Assembly: GCA_964016885.1 (NCBI GenBank)
Contig: OZ024754.1
Span: forward strand, 13,082,001-13,146,000
Direction: 5' to 3'
DNA: 64,000 bases
Source: Eledone cirrhosa
Lineage: Eukaryota
How positions within the stretch are numbered: position 1 is the first letter of the stretch; every line of letters starts with the position of its first letter. This document shows positions 11,663 through 25,514 of this stretch, piece by piece. The position numbers were made by a program, and so were the translations under genes. Below the pieces are notes generated by a model. The model saw nothing but the letters and a program-made list of their open reading frames with translations. It searched no databases and was not told the origin of the DNA.

Positions 11663-11887
11663 GTGGTGATGATGATGATGATGGTAACGATATTGATGCC
11701 GGTTCTGCTGTTGCTGATAATGATGATGATGATGATTGTGATGTGGCTGCTGCCACTGATGATGATGTTGATTATGCTGATGTTGGTGATGATGATGATG
11801 ATGATGATGACAATTATAATGATGATGATGATGGTGATGATGATGATGATGATGATGGTGATGGTGATGGTGATGGTGATGGTGATG

Positions 11888-11920
<33 letters not shown>

Positions 11921-12026
11921 ATGACAATTATAATGATGATGATGATGATGATGATGATGCTGATGCCGAAGCCGGTGCTGCTGTGGCTGCTGCTGCTACT
12001 GATGATGTTGTTGATGATGATGATAG

Positions 12027-12073
<47 letters not shown>

Positions 12074-12090
12074 GTGGTGTTGGTGATGTC
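10865..12090. repeat. two degenerate (GAT/GGT)n trinucleotide blocks
   Basis: Directly visible; source of the poly-M/D/H/I ORFs. Confidence 0.95.
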
Positions 12091-12416
12091 TTGGAAGACG
12101 TGCCAACAACAGATGGAAGTCAGATACAACATAAATCAAGATGGCGGTCACAAAAGTGAGAATCACTGTAAGCAGTAGAATTATAATTGAAACTCATATA
12201 TCCAAGTGTCAAATAACATATTACAGCAAGTTTGTATACGCAATGTATTCATGTATGTATAGGGTTATGGTTTGTTTATAGGTGGGTGTGTATAGTTCTT
12301 GCGAAGTTACTTACAGAGTTCGTGTAAATACGTGTAAAATATATGTCTATGTCAATGTATTATTTATATATATATATATATATATGGTCTTCAGTGTGTG
12401 TTCGAGTCTGAGAATT

Positions 12417-13120
12417 CAGTGTGAATTACAAAGGCCCTGAAGTATAGGGTAGAGAATTTAGTCAATACAGTACAGTACAGTGTGAATTACAAAGGCCCTG
12501 AAGTATAGGGTAGAGAATTTAGTCAATACAGTACAGTGTGAATTACAAAGGCCCTGAAGTATAGGGTAGAGAATTTAGTCAATACAGTACAGTGTGAATT
12601 ACAAAGGCCCTGAAGTTTAGGGTAGAGAATTTAGTCAATACAGTACAGTGTGAATTACAAAGGCCCTGAAGTTTAGGGTAGAGAATTTAGTCAATACAGT
12701 ACAGTACAGTGTGAATTACAAAGGCCCTGAAGTATAGGGTAGAGAATTTAGTCAATACAGTACAGTACAGTGTGAATTACAAAGGCCCTGAAGTATAGGG
12801 TAGAGAATTTAGTCAATACAGTACAGTGTGAATTACAAAGGCCCTGAAGTATAGGGTAGAGAATTTAGTCAATACAGTACAGTGTGAATTACAAAGGCCC
12901 TGAAGTTTAGGGTAGAGAATTTAGTCAATACAGTACAGTGTGAATTACAAAGGCCCTGAAGTTTAGGGTAGAGAATTTAGTCAATACAGTACAGTACAGT
13001 GTGAATTACAAAGGCCCTGAAGTATAGGGTAGAGAATTTAGTCAATACAGTACAGTACAGTGTGAATTACAAAGGCCCTGAAGTTTAGGGTAGAGAATTT
13101 AGTCAATACAGTACAGTACA
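12417..13120. repeat. 56/61-bp minisatellite, 12 units, with a 5-unit (290-bp) higher-order period
   Basis: Unit AGTGTGAATTACAAAGGCCCTGAAGT[A/T]TAGGGTAGAGAATTTAGTCAATACAGTAC with or without an extra AGTAC. Spacings 61,56,56,56,61,61,56,56,56,61,61. Confidence 0.95.
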
Positions 13121-13246
13121 ATACAGGTTATGGTATAATCCGTAGAATTTTGTCTAAGTCTGAATATTCCGAGAGGGAAGTAGCATTGGACCAGGTGGGC
13201 GGTAGACAAAGCGCAGAGTAGCGTATATATATATATATATATATAT

Positions 13247-13630
13247 CGGGTCACTCTTGAGTGTTACTGGTAACATGTAACCCAGTTCAACTTTGTAAAT
13301 ATGTATATACACATGTACCACGCGGTTAAACCACTGGGAGTGAAGGACCCTTAGCCTTTCTCAGGGCATTCTTCTAGGAGAAGGTAACTCAGGAAACTGG
13401 GATAACTCCGATATAAAACCTGCGGCTCAGTAGTTACCGATGATGTTGATCTTTTCTTCTTTTCAGGTTATAGCTACTGTCGCTCAGAGAATGGGATTGG
13501 CTCAGTCACAGTCTTTCCTCACTTTAAAAAATATCTTCACGCACAGGCATTGCACGATAGAAATTAATTAATAATTATTTAAAATGGTATATCATTCAAT
13601 GGCCATACTAGATAACGAGGGGGTACCCAT
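13247..13630 (+). mobile_element. RTE-like LINE 5' UTR remnant or non-autonomous derivative
   Basis: Motifs TGGTAACATGTAACCCAGT, CTAGGAGAAGG, AAACCTGC and CACGCACAGGCATTGC are shared with 54174-54762 (-) and resemble RTE 5' UTRs. Confidence 0.55.
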
Positions 13631-14090
13631 CATATGTATATATATTGGGTGGGGAAAGAGAGACAGGTAAATAAACACGAATGGTGAGGCAACGTAAAGA
13701 GAGGAAATAATGAGAAAATCAAGTCAATAATTCATTTTGAACATAAGAACGTGCGAATATTGACGAGAAGGCAAAAGACACATCTTAGCCATGTGAATGT
13801 GAGCAAGGAAAGAATTTCGTACGGTGTGGGACGATGGAGGAAGTGAGAGAGGGGGTGAGTAGCAGAGAGTGAGTGAATGAAAGTGTGAGGAAGACTAGCA
13901 GAGGGGGTGAGTGAAAGTAAGAGGAAAAAGGAGAGAGCAGGGGGAGAGAGAAAGAGGATAGCAGTAAGGGAAGAGAAAAAGACAGGCCACAGCGAAGGGG
14001 AAAGCATATATGAATGAAAAATGGCGAGCTGTGTTGTTGCAAATATGATATATATAATACATGAAGGATTAGAAATAGAAGCCAGGACTA

Positions 14091-14151
14091 TCCGTCATCA
14101 GTGGTCTACTAGCCATCATAGGTATTTCTTCGCATTAAAGACCATATACCT
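14091..14151 (-). ncRNA. non-circularly permuted hammerhead-like RNA, copy E (upstream part truncated)
   Basis: Minus strand AGGTAT-A-TGGTCT-TTAATGCGAA-GAA-ATACCT ... AGACCA-CTGATGA-CGGA. Perfect 6-bp stems I and III. Confidence 0.72.
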
Positions 14152-14175
14152 CAGGCTAGGGCAATGCAATGTATG

Positions 14176-14207
<32 letters not shown>

Positions 14208-14613
14208 ATATATATTGTATTAAATATATGAATATATATATTGTATTAAGTATACATGTATATATTTATATATACATATATGTATCTATATATATATTTT
14301 ATTAAGTGTGTATATATATATATATATATATTGTATTAAGTGTAAATATATATATATATATTATATGGTCTTTATTTTTATATATCTGTGTTTCTGTAGT
14401 ACTTTATGTATGTTGATTTGAGTGTGTGTGTGTGTGTGTGTATGTGTGTATATGTGTATGTGTGTGTGTGTGGACATGACTAGACTTGTGTGTTTATGTC
14501 TGTAATTATATTTAGGTATTAATATGTGTGATAGCAGATGGATTTTATGGATGCAATCATAAAAGCAGGCAAGAAAATATATGTACAAAGTAAAATATAA
14601 AAATACCATCATG

Positions 14614-15288
<675 letters not shown>

Positions 15289-15504
15289 AAGATGGAGGCC
15301 AAATAGGAATTAGAAGATAAAATATAAATTTAGAAGGGAAAAAATCTCATGTAAAAAAATAGGATCATTTGCATACAGGCGCATAACACTCACACACACA
15401 CACACATCCTACATTAACACCAGACACACAGACACAGATGACACTCACACACATACTAAACAGACACACATACACAGAGATGACACTCATACACACATAC
15501 TAAA

Positions 15505-15795
15505 CAGACACACACATCTCTCGGTCACACATATATCACAGACACACACATCTCTCAGTCATACACATATATCATTGACACACACATCTCTCGGTCGCAC
15601 ATATATCACAGACACACACATCTCTCAGTCACACATATATCACAGACACACACACATCTCTCGGTCACACACATATATCACAGACACACACATCTCTCAG
15701 TTACACACATATATCAGACACACACATCTCTCAGTCACACACATATATCATTGACACACACATCTCTCAGTCACACACACATGTCACAGACACAG
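15505..15795. repeat. ~33-35-bp minisatellite
   Basis: Unit ~CAGACACACACATCTCTC[A/G]GTCACACACATATATCA. Confidence 0.85.
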
Positions 15796-15849
15796 ACACA
15801 CAATTCTCAATATATAAACACACACATATCTATATATGAATACACACAT

Positions 15850-18800
15850 CATTCTATATAAACACACACATCACACGACCTCACATCCCTCTATATATAA
15901 ACACACATCACACACCACACATCCCTCTATATATAAACACACACATCACACGGCCACACACTTCTCTATATATAAACACACATATCACACGGCCACACAT
16001 CCCTCTATATATAAACACACACATCACACGGCCACACACTTCTCTATATACCAACACACACATCACACGGTCACACATCCATCTATATATAAACGCACAC
16101 ATCACACGGTCACACATCTCTGTATATAAACACACACACCACACGGCCACACATCCCTCTATATATAAACACCCACATCACACGGCCACACATCCCTCTA
16201 TATATAAACACACACATCTCACGGAGACACATCCCTCTATATATAAACACACACATCTCACGGCCACACATCACTATATATAAACACCCACATCACACGG
16301 CCACACATCTCTATATATAAACACACACATCGCACAGCCACACATCCCTCTATATATAAACACACACATCACACGGCCACACATCTCTATATATAACCAC
16401 CCACATCACACGGCCACACATCCCTCTATATATAGAAACACACATCACACGGCCACACATCTATATATATAAACACACACATCACACGGCCACACATCCC
16501 TCTATATATAAACACACACATCTCACGGCCACACATCTCTATATATAAACACACACATCACACGGCCACACATCCCTCTATATATAAACACACACATCAC
16601 ACACCACCCATCCCTCTATATATAAACACACACATCACACGGCCACACACTTCTCTATATATAAACACACATATCACACGGCCACACATCCCTCTATATA
16701 TAGACACACAAATCTCTATATATCAACACACACATCACACGGTCACACATCCATCTATATATAAACACACACATCACACGGCCACACATCTCTATATATA
16801 AACACACACATCACACGGCTACACATCCCTCTATATATAAACACCCACATCACACGGCCACACATCCCTCTATATATAAACACATACATCTCACGGAGAC
16901 ACATCCCTCTATATATAAACACACACATAACACGCCACACATCACTATATATAAACACCCACATTACACGGCCACATCCCTCTATATATAAACACACACA
17001 TCAGACGGCCACACACTTCTCTATATATAAACACACACATCGCACGGCCACACATCCCTCTATATATAAAAACACACATCTCACGGCCACACATCACTAT
17101 ATATAAACACCCACATCACACGGCCACACATCCCTCTATATATAAACACACACATCTCACCGCCACACATCTCTATATATAAACACACACATCGCACGGC
17201 CACACATCTCTATATATAACCACCAACATCACACGGACACACATCCCTCTATATATAGAAACACACATCACACGGCCACACATCTATATATATAAACACA
17301 CACATCACACGGCCACACATCCCTCTATATATAAACACACACATCACACGCCACAGACATCTCTATATATAAACACACACATCATACGGCCACACATCCC
17401 TTTATATATAAACACACACATCACACGCCACAGACATCTCTATATATAAACACACACATAACACGCCACATACATCTCTCTTTATAAACACACACATCGC
17501 ACGGCCACACATCTCTATGTATAAACACACACATCACACGGCCACATATACCTCTATATATAAGCACACACATCACACGGCCACATCCCTCTATATATAA
17601 ACACACACATCACACGGCCACACATCCCTCTATATATAAACACACACATCACACGCCACAGACATCTCTATATATAAACACACACATCATACGGCCACAC
17701 ATCCCTTTATATATAAACACACACATCACACGCCACAGACATCTCTATATATAAACACACACATAACACGGCCACACATCTCTATATATAAACACACACA
17801 TCACACGGCCACACATCTCTATATATAAACACACACATCACACGGCCACACATCTCTATATATAAACACACACATCACACGGCTACACATCTCTATATAT
17901 AACCACCCACATCACACGGCCACACGTCTCTATATATAAACACACACATCACACGGCCACATATACCTCTATATATAAGCACACACATCACACGGCCACA
18001 TCCCTCTATATATAAACACACACATCACACGGCCACACATCCCTCTATATATAAACACACACATCGCACGGCCACACATCCCTCTATATATAAACACACA
18101 CATCTCACCGACACACATCTCTATATATAAACACACACATCACACGGCCACACATCTCTATATATAAACACACACATCTCACGGCCACACATCCCTCTAT
18201 ATATATACAGACACATCTCACGGCCACACATCCCTCTATATATAAGCACACACATCACACGGCCACACATCCCTCTATATATAAGCACACACATCACACG
18301 GCCACATCCCTCTATATATAAACACACACATCACACGGCCACATCCCTCTATATATAAACACACACATCACACGGCCACACATCCCTCTATATATAAACA
18401 CACACATCACACGGCCACACATCTCTATATATAAACACACACATCACACGGTCACACATCCCTCTATATATAAACACACACATCACACGGCCACACATTC
18501 CTCTATATATAAACACACACATCACACGGCCACACATCCCTCTATATATAAGCACACACATCACACGGCCACACATCCCTCTATATATAAGCACACACAT
18601 CACACTGCCACATCCCTCTATATATAAACACACACATCACACGGCCACATCCCTCTATATATAAACACACACATCACACGGCCACATCCCTCTATATATA
18701 AACACACACATCACACGGCCACACATCCCTCTATATATAAACACACACATCACACGGCCACACATCTCTATATATAAACACACACATCACACGGCCACAC

Positions 18801-20608
18801 ATCCCTCTATATATAAACACACACATCACACGGCCACATCCCTCTATATATAAACACACACATCACACGGCCACACATCCCTCTATATATAAACACACAC
18901 ATCGCACGGCCACACATCCCTCTATATATAAACACACACATCTCACCGACACACATCTCTATATATAAACACACACATCACACGGCCACACATCTCTATA
19001 TATAAACACACACATCTCACGGCCACACATCCCTCTATATATATACAGACACATCTCACGGCCACACATCCCTCTATATATAAGCACACACATCACACGG
19101 CCACACATCCCTCTATATATAAGCACACACATCACACGGCCACATCCCTCTATATATAAACACACACATCACACGGCCACATCCCTCTATATATAAACAC
19201 ACACATCACACGGCCACACATCCCTCTATATATAAACACACACATCACACGGCCACACATCTCTATATATAAACACACACATCACACGGCCACACATCCC
19301 TCTATATATAAACACACACATCACACGGCCACACATTCCTCTATATATAAACACACACATCACACGGCCACACATCCCTCTATATATAAGCACACACATC
19401 ACACGGCCACACATCCCTCTATATATAAGCACACACATCACACTGCCACATCCCTCTATATATAAACACACACATCACACGGCCACATCCCTCTATATAT
19501 AAACACACACATCACACGGCCACATCCCTCTATATATAAACACACACATCACACGGACACACATCCCTCTATATATAAACACACACATCACACGGCCACA
19601 CATCTCTATATATAAACACACACATCACTCGGCCACACATCCCTCTATATATAAACACACACATCACACGGCCACACATCCCTCTATATATAAACACACA
19701 CATCACACGGCCACACATCCCTCTATATATAAACACACACATCACACGGCCACATCCCTCTATATATAACCACACACATCTCACGGCCACACATCCCTCT
19801 ATATATAAGCACACACATCACACGGCCACATCCCTCTATATATAAACACACACATCACACGGCCACATCCCTCTATATATAAACACACACATCACACGGC
19901 CACATCCCTCTATATATAAACACACACATCACACGGCCACACATCCCTCTATATATAAACACACACATCACACGGCGACACATCTCTATATATAAACACA
20001 CACATCACACGGCCACATCCCTCTATATATAAACACACACATCACACGGCCACACATCCCTCTATATATAAACACACACATCACACGGCCACACATCTCT
20101 ATATATAACCACCCACATCACACGGCCACACATCCCTCTATATATAAACACACACATCACACGCCACAGACATCTCTATATATTAACACACACATCTCAC
20201 CTCCACACATCTCTATATATAAACACACACATCACACGGCCACACATCTCTATATATAAACACACACATCACACGGCCACACATCCCTCTATATATATAC
20301 AGACACATCTCACGGCCACACATCCCTCTATATATAAGCACACACATCACACAGCCACACATCCCTCTATATATAAGCACACACATCACACGGCCACACA
20401 TCCCTCTATATATAAACACCCACATCACACGGCCACACATCCCTCTATATATAAACACACACATCTCACGGCCACACATCCCTCTATATATAAACACACA
20501 CATCACACGGCCACACATCCCTCTATATATAAACACACACATCACACGGCTACACATCCCTCTATATATAAACACACACATCACACGGCTACACATCTCT
20601 ATATATAA
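15850..20608. repeat. 37-39-bp minisatellite array (~4.75 kb, over 100 units)
   Basis: Unit CACACACATCACACGGCCACACAT(CC)CTCTATATATAAA. An internal 838-bp duplication is seen as repeated ORFs 18121/18959 and 18388/19226. Confidence 0.97.
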
Positions 20609-20716
20609 AGCGAGTGTAACAACAGGGACAGCAATGAACCCAAACACGTGAAATCAAATCAAGGTCGTCATAGGAACCAATAAATAAAAAAGCCAAGAAC
20701 ATTTCCATTTTGACCA

Positions 20717-20850
<134 letters not shown>

Positions 20851-20996
20851 ATTACACATAGATGTATCCTGTGTGATGGCACTAGTGTAGTGTGATCAAT
20901 ATTGGAGGGGAGGGTGGAAATCTGCCTTAAACTGATACCTACAAAATCTGTATTTCTAATATTTCATATACGAATATATGTCGATATGCGTATATG

Positions 20997-21072
<76 letters not shown>

Positions 21073-21126
21073 TAGTAATATATATATATATATATTTATA
21101 CTAATATGTATATATATATATATATA

Positions 21127-21167
<41 letters not shown>

Positions 21168-21352
21168 GTATATATATTATATATATATATATACATATAT
21201 ATGTATACATGTATACATGTATATACACATTACACAATCAGATATAGTCTAAAAGAAATATATGGATCCATCTTTGATATACTAGTAAATATCTTGCCAA
21301 AACATCCATTTTTTCTTTCCATTATACTATATATACAAACATACATAATATT

Positions 21353-21393
<41 letters not shown>

Positions 21394-21472
21394 GTAAATA
21401 CATATAAATATGTGTGTATCTATAAAATTTATATATATGTATCTATCTATCTATCAATCTATATAAATAATA

Positions 21473-21511
<39 letters not shown>

Positions 21512-21710
21512 CTATATATATATATATGTATGTACATATATATATATACATATATACGAAACTATATACATATATTTATGTATCTATATATATATATATA
21601 TATACGTATATATATACATATATATGTATCTCTCTCTCTATCTATCTATCTATATATATATATATATTTTAGTAAGTAAGTTAATTTTTATAATTTTCTT
21701 ATTTTACGTC

Positions 21711-21766
<56 letters not shown>

Positions 21767-21782
21767 ATATATATATATATAT

Positions 21783-21819
<37 letters not shown>

Positions 21820-21915
21820 CATATATATATGTATATATATATGTAGAGATTCATATATATGTATATAAATATAGAGATACATATATATGTAATTATCTAT
21901 CTCTCGCCCCCCCCC

Positions 21916-21975
<60 letters not shown>

Positions 21976-22120
21976 GACAATGAGGGTAAGTGACGGTGAA
22001 GTATTTGACTGCTATACTCTGAAAGTATATAACACGCAATGTTTCTCACCTGGTCTTTTCTATGGTGTATCGTGTAGTAATAGTAGTAGTTGTAATATTG
22101 GTAGTGGTAGTAGTAGTAGT

Positions 22121-22279
22121 TGGTCGGAGGCTATGCTTTGCAGCATAGTTACGTCCCTTTACGGACTAAGTTCAAATCCCGCCTCGGTTAACTTTGCCTT
22201 TAATCCTTACGGGGTCGATAAAATAAAGTACCAGTAATATACTGAGTAATTTGCTGGCCTTGTGCCTAAAGTAGAAACA

Positions 22280-22283
<4 letters not shown>
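22121..22283 (+). mobile_element. tRNA-derived SINE, family 1 (5'-truncated) with expanded (ATT)n tail
   Basis: Box B, core and 3' end present, followed by (ATT)n 22280-22315. Confidence 0.85.
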
Positions 22284-22315
<32 letters not shown>

Positions 22316-23139
22316 GTTCTTTGAGTCTCAGTCATTGATGTTATTTAACTGGAAATTTTGTAGAAATGAATATCAAGCCACTACCTGCAGCCTCAGATAT
22401 TCAGGACGTATCAGAGGGTTTTTGCTGTTCCCAGCAAGCATGCCTTTTGAAGTGTTCCAAAAAGCGGGGCGGGACCAATTTTCTTTAACCATCCTTGGAA
22501 ACTTTTTGAGATAGTACCTAGTGCGCCTATGACAATCGGGACCACTTTGACTTCATGGCAGTTCCAAATCCTTTTTACCTCCCACTTTAAATCCTGGTAT
22601 CGGTTAATTTTCTCCCTCTCCTTCTCTTGCACTCTCGTGTCGAATGGGCAGGCTACATTTACAATCAGACACGATCTTTTTTCCTTGTCCAAAACCACCA
22701 GGTCAGATGTATTGTGTTCCAGTTTCTTGTCCGTCTGTATCCTAAAATTCCACAGCACCTTCACCTGATCGTTTTCTATCACCGACTCTGGCTTATGCTC
22801 ATACCACTTCTCAGAATGTGGTAAATTGTTTACTTTGCATAGGTGCCAGTGGATCACCCTGCCCATCACATCATGTCTCCAGCCTTTATAGTGAGTCTGG
22901 GCTAGGTGTTTACACTCGGATACAATGTGAGCCACGGTCTCCTCTCTCTCTCCTCACAGATTCTACACTGTGGGCTAGCCTCCTCCTTGTAAATATGGTG
23001 TTTCAGCCACTTCGTTTTGAGGGTCTGCTCTTGCGCAGCCATTAGAATTCCTTCTGTAGCCTTTTTAAGGTCTCCTCATTTCAACCAGTTCCATGTCTGT
23101 GGATCTCTAAATTCAGTTTTCTCAAAGAAGGTACTATGA
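22316..23139 (-). mobile_element. 5'-truncated R4/Dong-like (RLE) non-LTR retrotransposon
   Basis: Minus-strand peptide includes CCHC (CRIC....ETVAHIVSEC), RHD motif, decayed PD-D-K endonuclease (NTSDLVVLD...IVNVACPFD...KEREKINRYQDL) and VPIVIGALG. Bounded by (AAT)n on both sides on the element strand. Confidence 0.85.
22411..23075 (-). pseudogene. zinc knuckle and restriction-like endonuclease domains of the R4/Dong-like element
   Basis: ORF 22411-22935 with upstream extension (ILMAAQEQ...CRIC). Catalytic residues are altered and there is no RT. Confidence 0.8.
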
Positions 23140-23655
23140 ATTATTATTATTATTATTATTGAATGCCATGGTTGACGGAGGCTCGGCTCTCTAAGGTATA
23201 GTAATTTTTAACCGCTATAACAATTGCAAATTGTTTTAAACTTGAACCAAATTGTAGATAAAAACACCCTCCTCCTCGTGAGAGGTGTCTTTCTGCCCCT
23301 TATTTGGCCCTTCGGGGTTAAATAACCGCTTATTGGAGTTTTGTGCCCAATATTCATTTTAAACCGTAAAAAAAAACATGGCTACAAAAAAGAATTTTCA
23401 CAAGTCACTCCCACTCATTCCGTGTTCTTCTTCCTCAATCGTCATTACATCAGAGAGAAGATTGTCTCTCCCCCTCCCTTCTCTAAATGTGGTGTCGCCT
23501 CTTTCGCAAGCGACGCCATTAAAGAAAAAGAAAAATATAGTTTCTGGTAGCTTTCACCAAGAGAACGTGCATACCGTGGAACATTTCTCCACGACGACGA
23601 CAACGACGAAAAAGGTGTGTGGTAAATACGAAAGCCATTTCATTCGTCTGACGTC

Positions 23656-23751
23656 ATGAAGAATAGCAGCAGCAACCGTAATAACAGCAGCAGCAGCAAC
23701 AGTGACAAGGAAAACACTAGTAGCAGCCGCAACAACATCAGCAGCAGCATA

Positions 23752-23794
<43 letters not shown>

Positions 23795-25480
23795 ACAACA
23801 ACAACAGCAGCAGCAGCAGCAGCAGCAACAACCACAGCAACAGCGGCGGTGGCGGTCGTAGTACCAGCAGCAACAACAGAAGTAACAGCAGCTCTGACGA
23901 CAACAACAACAACAACAACAACAACAAGAAAGAAAAACCAATCTCGTTTGCATGTATCGCAAAGAACCTGGAAACCATCCTTATAACAAATGAGGAATTA
24001 CAGGAAGCAAAGAAGATGGTGACGAAAACCGGACACTGAGCAATCTGCAAGGTAGCCGAAACATTTTTCGAAACCCAACAGCACTCTACGGTCACGTACC
24101 GTACAGTAAGCACAAAATCACGTAGGGTTGAAAGAGCCACAGAGGCTCAAATACAAACAGACTTAGGGTCTGTGTGGCAGCGGAAAACGCATATCACCAA
24201 AGGCAAGAAATATGCCACCGTGGACGTGCTTTTTGCCTCACCCCAGGAGGCAAAGGCTCAATCCTTAGTGACCCTAAGGAGCGAGGAAATGGTGTTGGAC
24301 TTTTCTTGGCTGGCCGCGTCTGTCCTCGTCGGAATCGAGGACAAAACAACTGTACTGCAAGTACAGAAAAAAGTACGAGAAGATTGGGGGTAGGCACCTC
24401 CATTGAGACGTTAATTCAAACCCACCAGGAGTGCATCGAAGCTATCCCGGATGGGATAGACTTCGGTAACGGCACTCAACTGCCCATAAGTGTTGAGGGC
24501 AAACGCCCGATGCTTTCGCTGTGGGTCGAAGACTCACCTCAGGGCCTTCTGCAATGAGAAGACCCTGAGAAAGGAGACCCCCCCCCCTCCTTCCGAAACC
24601 GGCTCCACTGCTAGCAGCAACAGGACAGGCGGCAAGCAGCAGGGATAGGTCCGTGGCACCCATACCCACGCCACGGAAATCAAGAACAGCAGTGGAAGTA
24701 TTAACGACAACAACAGTAATACGAACTGCAGCTGCAACAGAGACTCCACTGCAAACATCACCAACAACAACAAGTGAAAGAGTGGAGCTGGTACCCCTCC
24801 CCCACCTCACAGAATCTGACATAGAATGTGAGGTGGGAAAGGGATGGCAAAAGGTTACAAGAAGGGACAAACGCATAAGCAGCGCATCGTCGCCTTCGAA
24901 AAGAGAGGAAAGAAATGAAAAAAGGGTAAAGGCTACTGCAAAGAGACTTACAGCAACAACACCACCAACACCATCACCACCCACACTAGCACCACCATCA
25001 CCACCGGCGGCAACCCCACCGCAAACAACAACAACACCTTCAATACCACCACCACAAGCACCAACATCGCAAATACAACAACAAAACACACACACCCAGC
25101 AACAACGACAAGAAAAGAGCTGAACCACACTCCACCCCCAGAAAAACAAATGCACAGCAATAAATACACACAACAAGAAACTAATTGAACACACAGACAT
25201 TTCACAGCACGACTACATAATACCAGCACCAATCAATACACCAACGAACATAAGACTGGTAAGAATAGCACAGAAACAATACATAAACATTAAAACGAAA
25301 TTTTCCAACGCAGTTGGTGATTTCAGAGACCTAAGAGGGACACTCAACCGGAGAGTATATTCGGATATACTCACAGAAGAGCCGACGACCAGCCGAAGGG
25401 ACGATTCAACGGTCCCTTCACCAGACGATCAAGTGAAAAGGGATGGAGAAACCATCCTTCCTCTACGAGAAGTAAGGTAA
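23656..25480 (+). pseudogene. Tx1-like ORF1 (disrupted)
   Basis: S/N-rich N-terminus, knuckle CFRCGSKTHLRAFC at 24511-24552, T/P-rich C-terminal part, several stops and frameshifts. Confidence 0.8.
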
Positions 25481-25514
25481 GTGGTTTTTCCCACCTTTTC
25501 CACTCCATTTCAAC

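Noticed and set aside
10808-12148. YY1-like AA[A/G]ATGGCG motifs near the GAT blocks (about 10811, 11466, 12138) and at 14017
   Set aside because: Short motifs with no promoter context or supported gene; could arise from ATG/GAT-rich sequence
12417-13120. Regular ~56-bp array as a CRISPR locus
   Set aside because: No unique spacers, no cas genes, eukaryotic context
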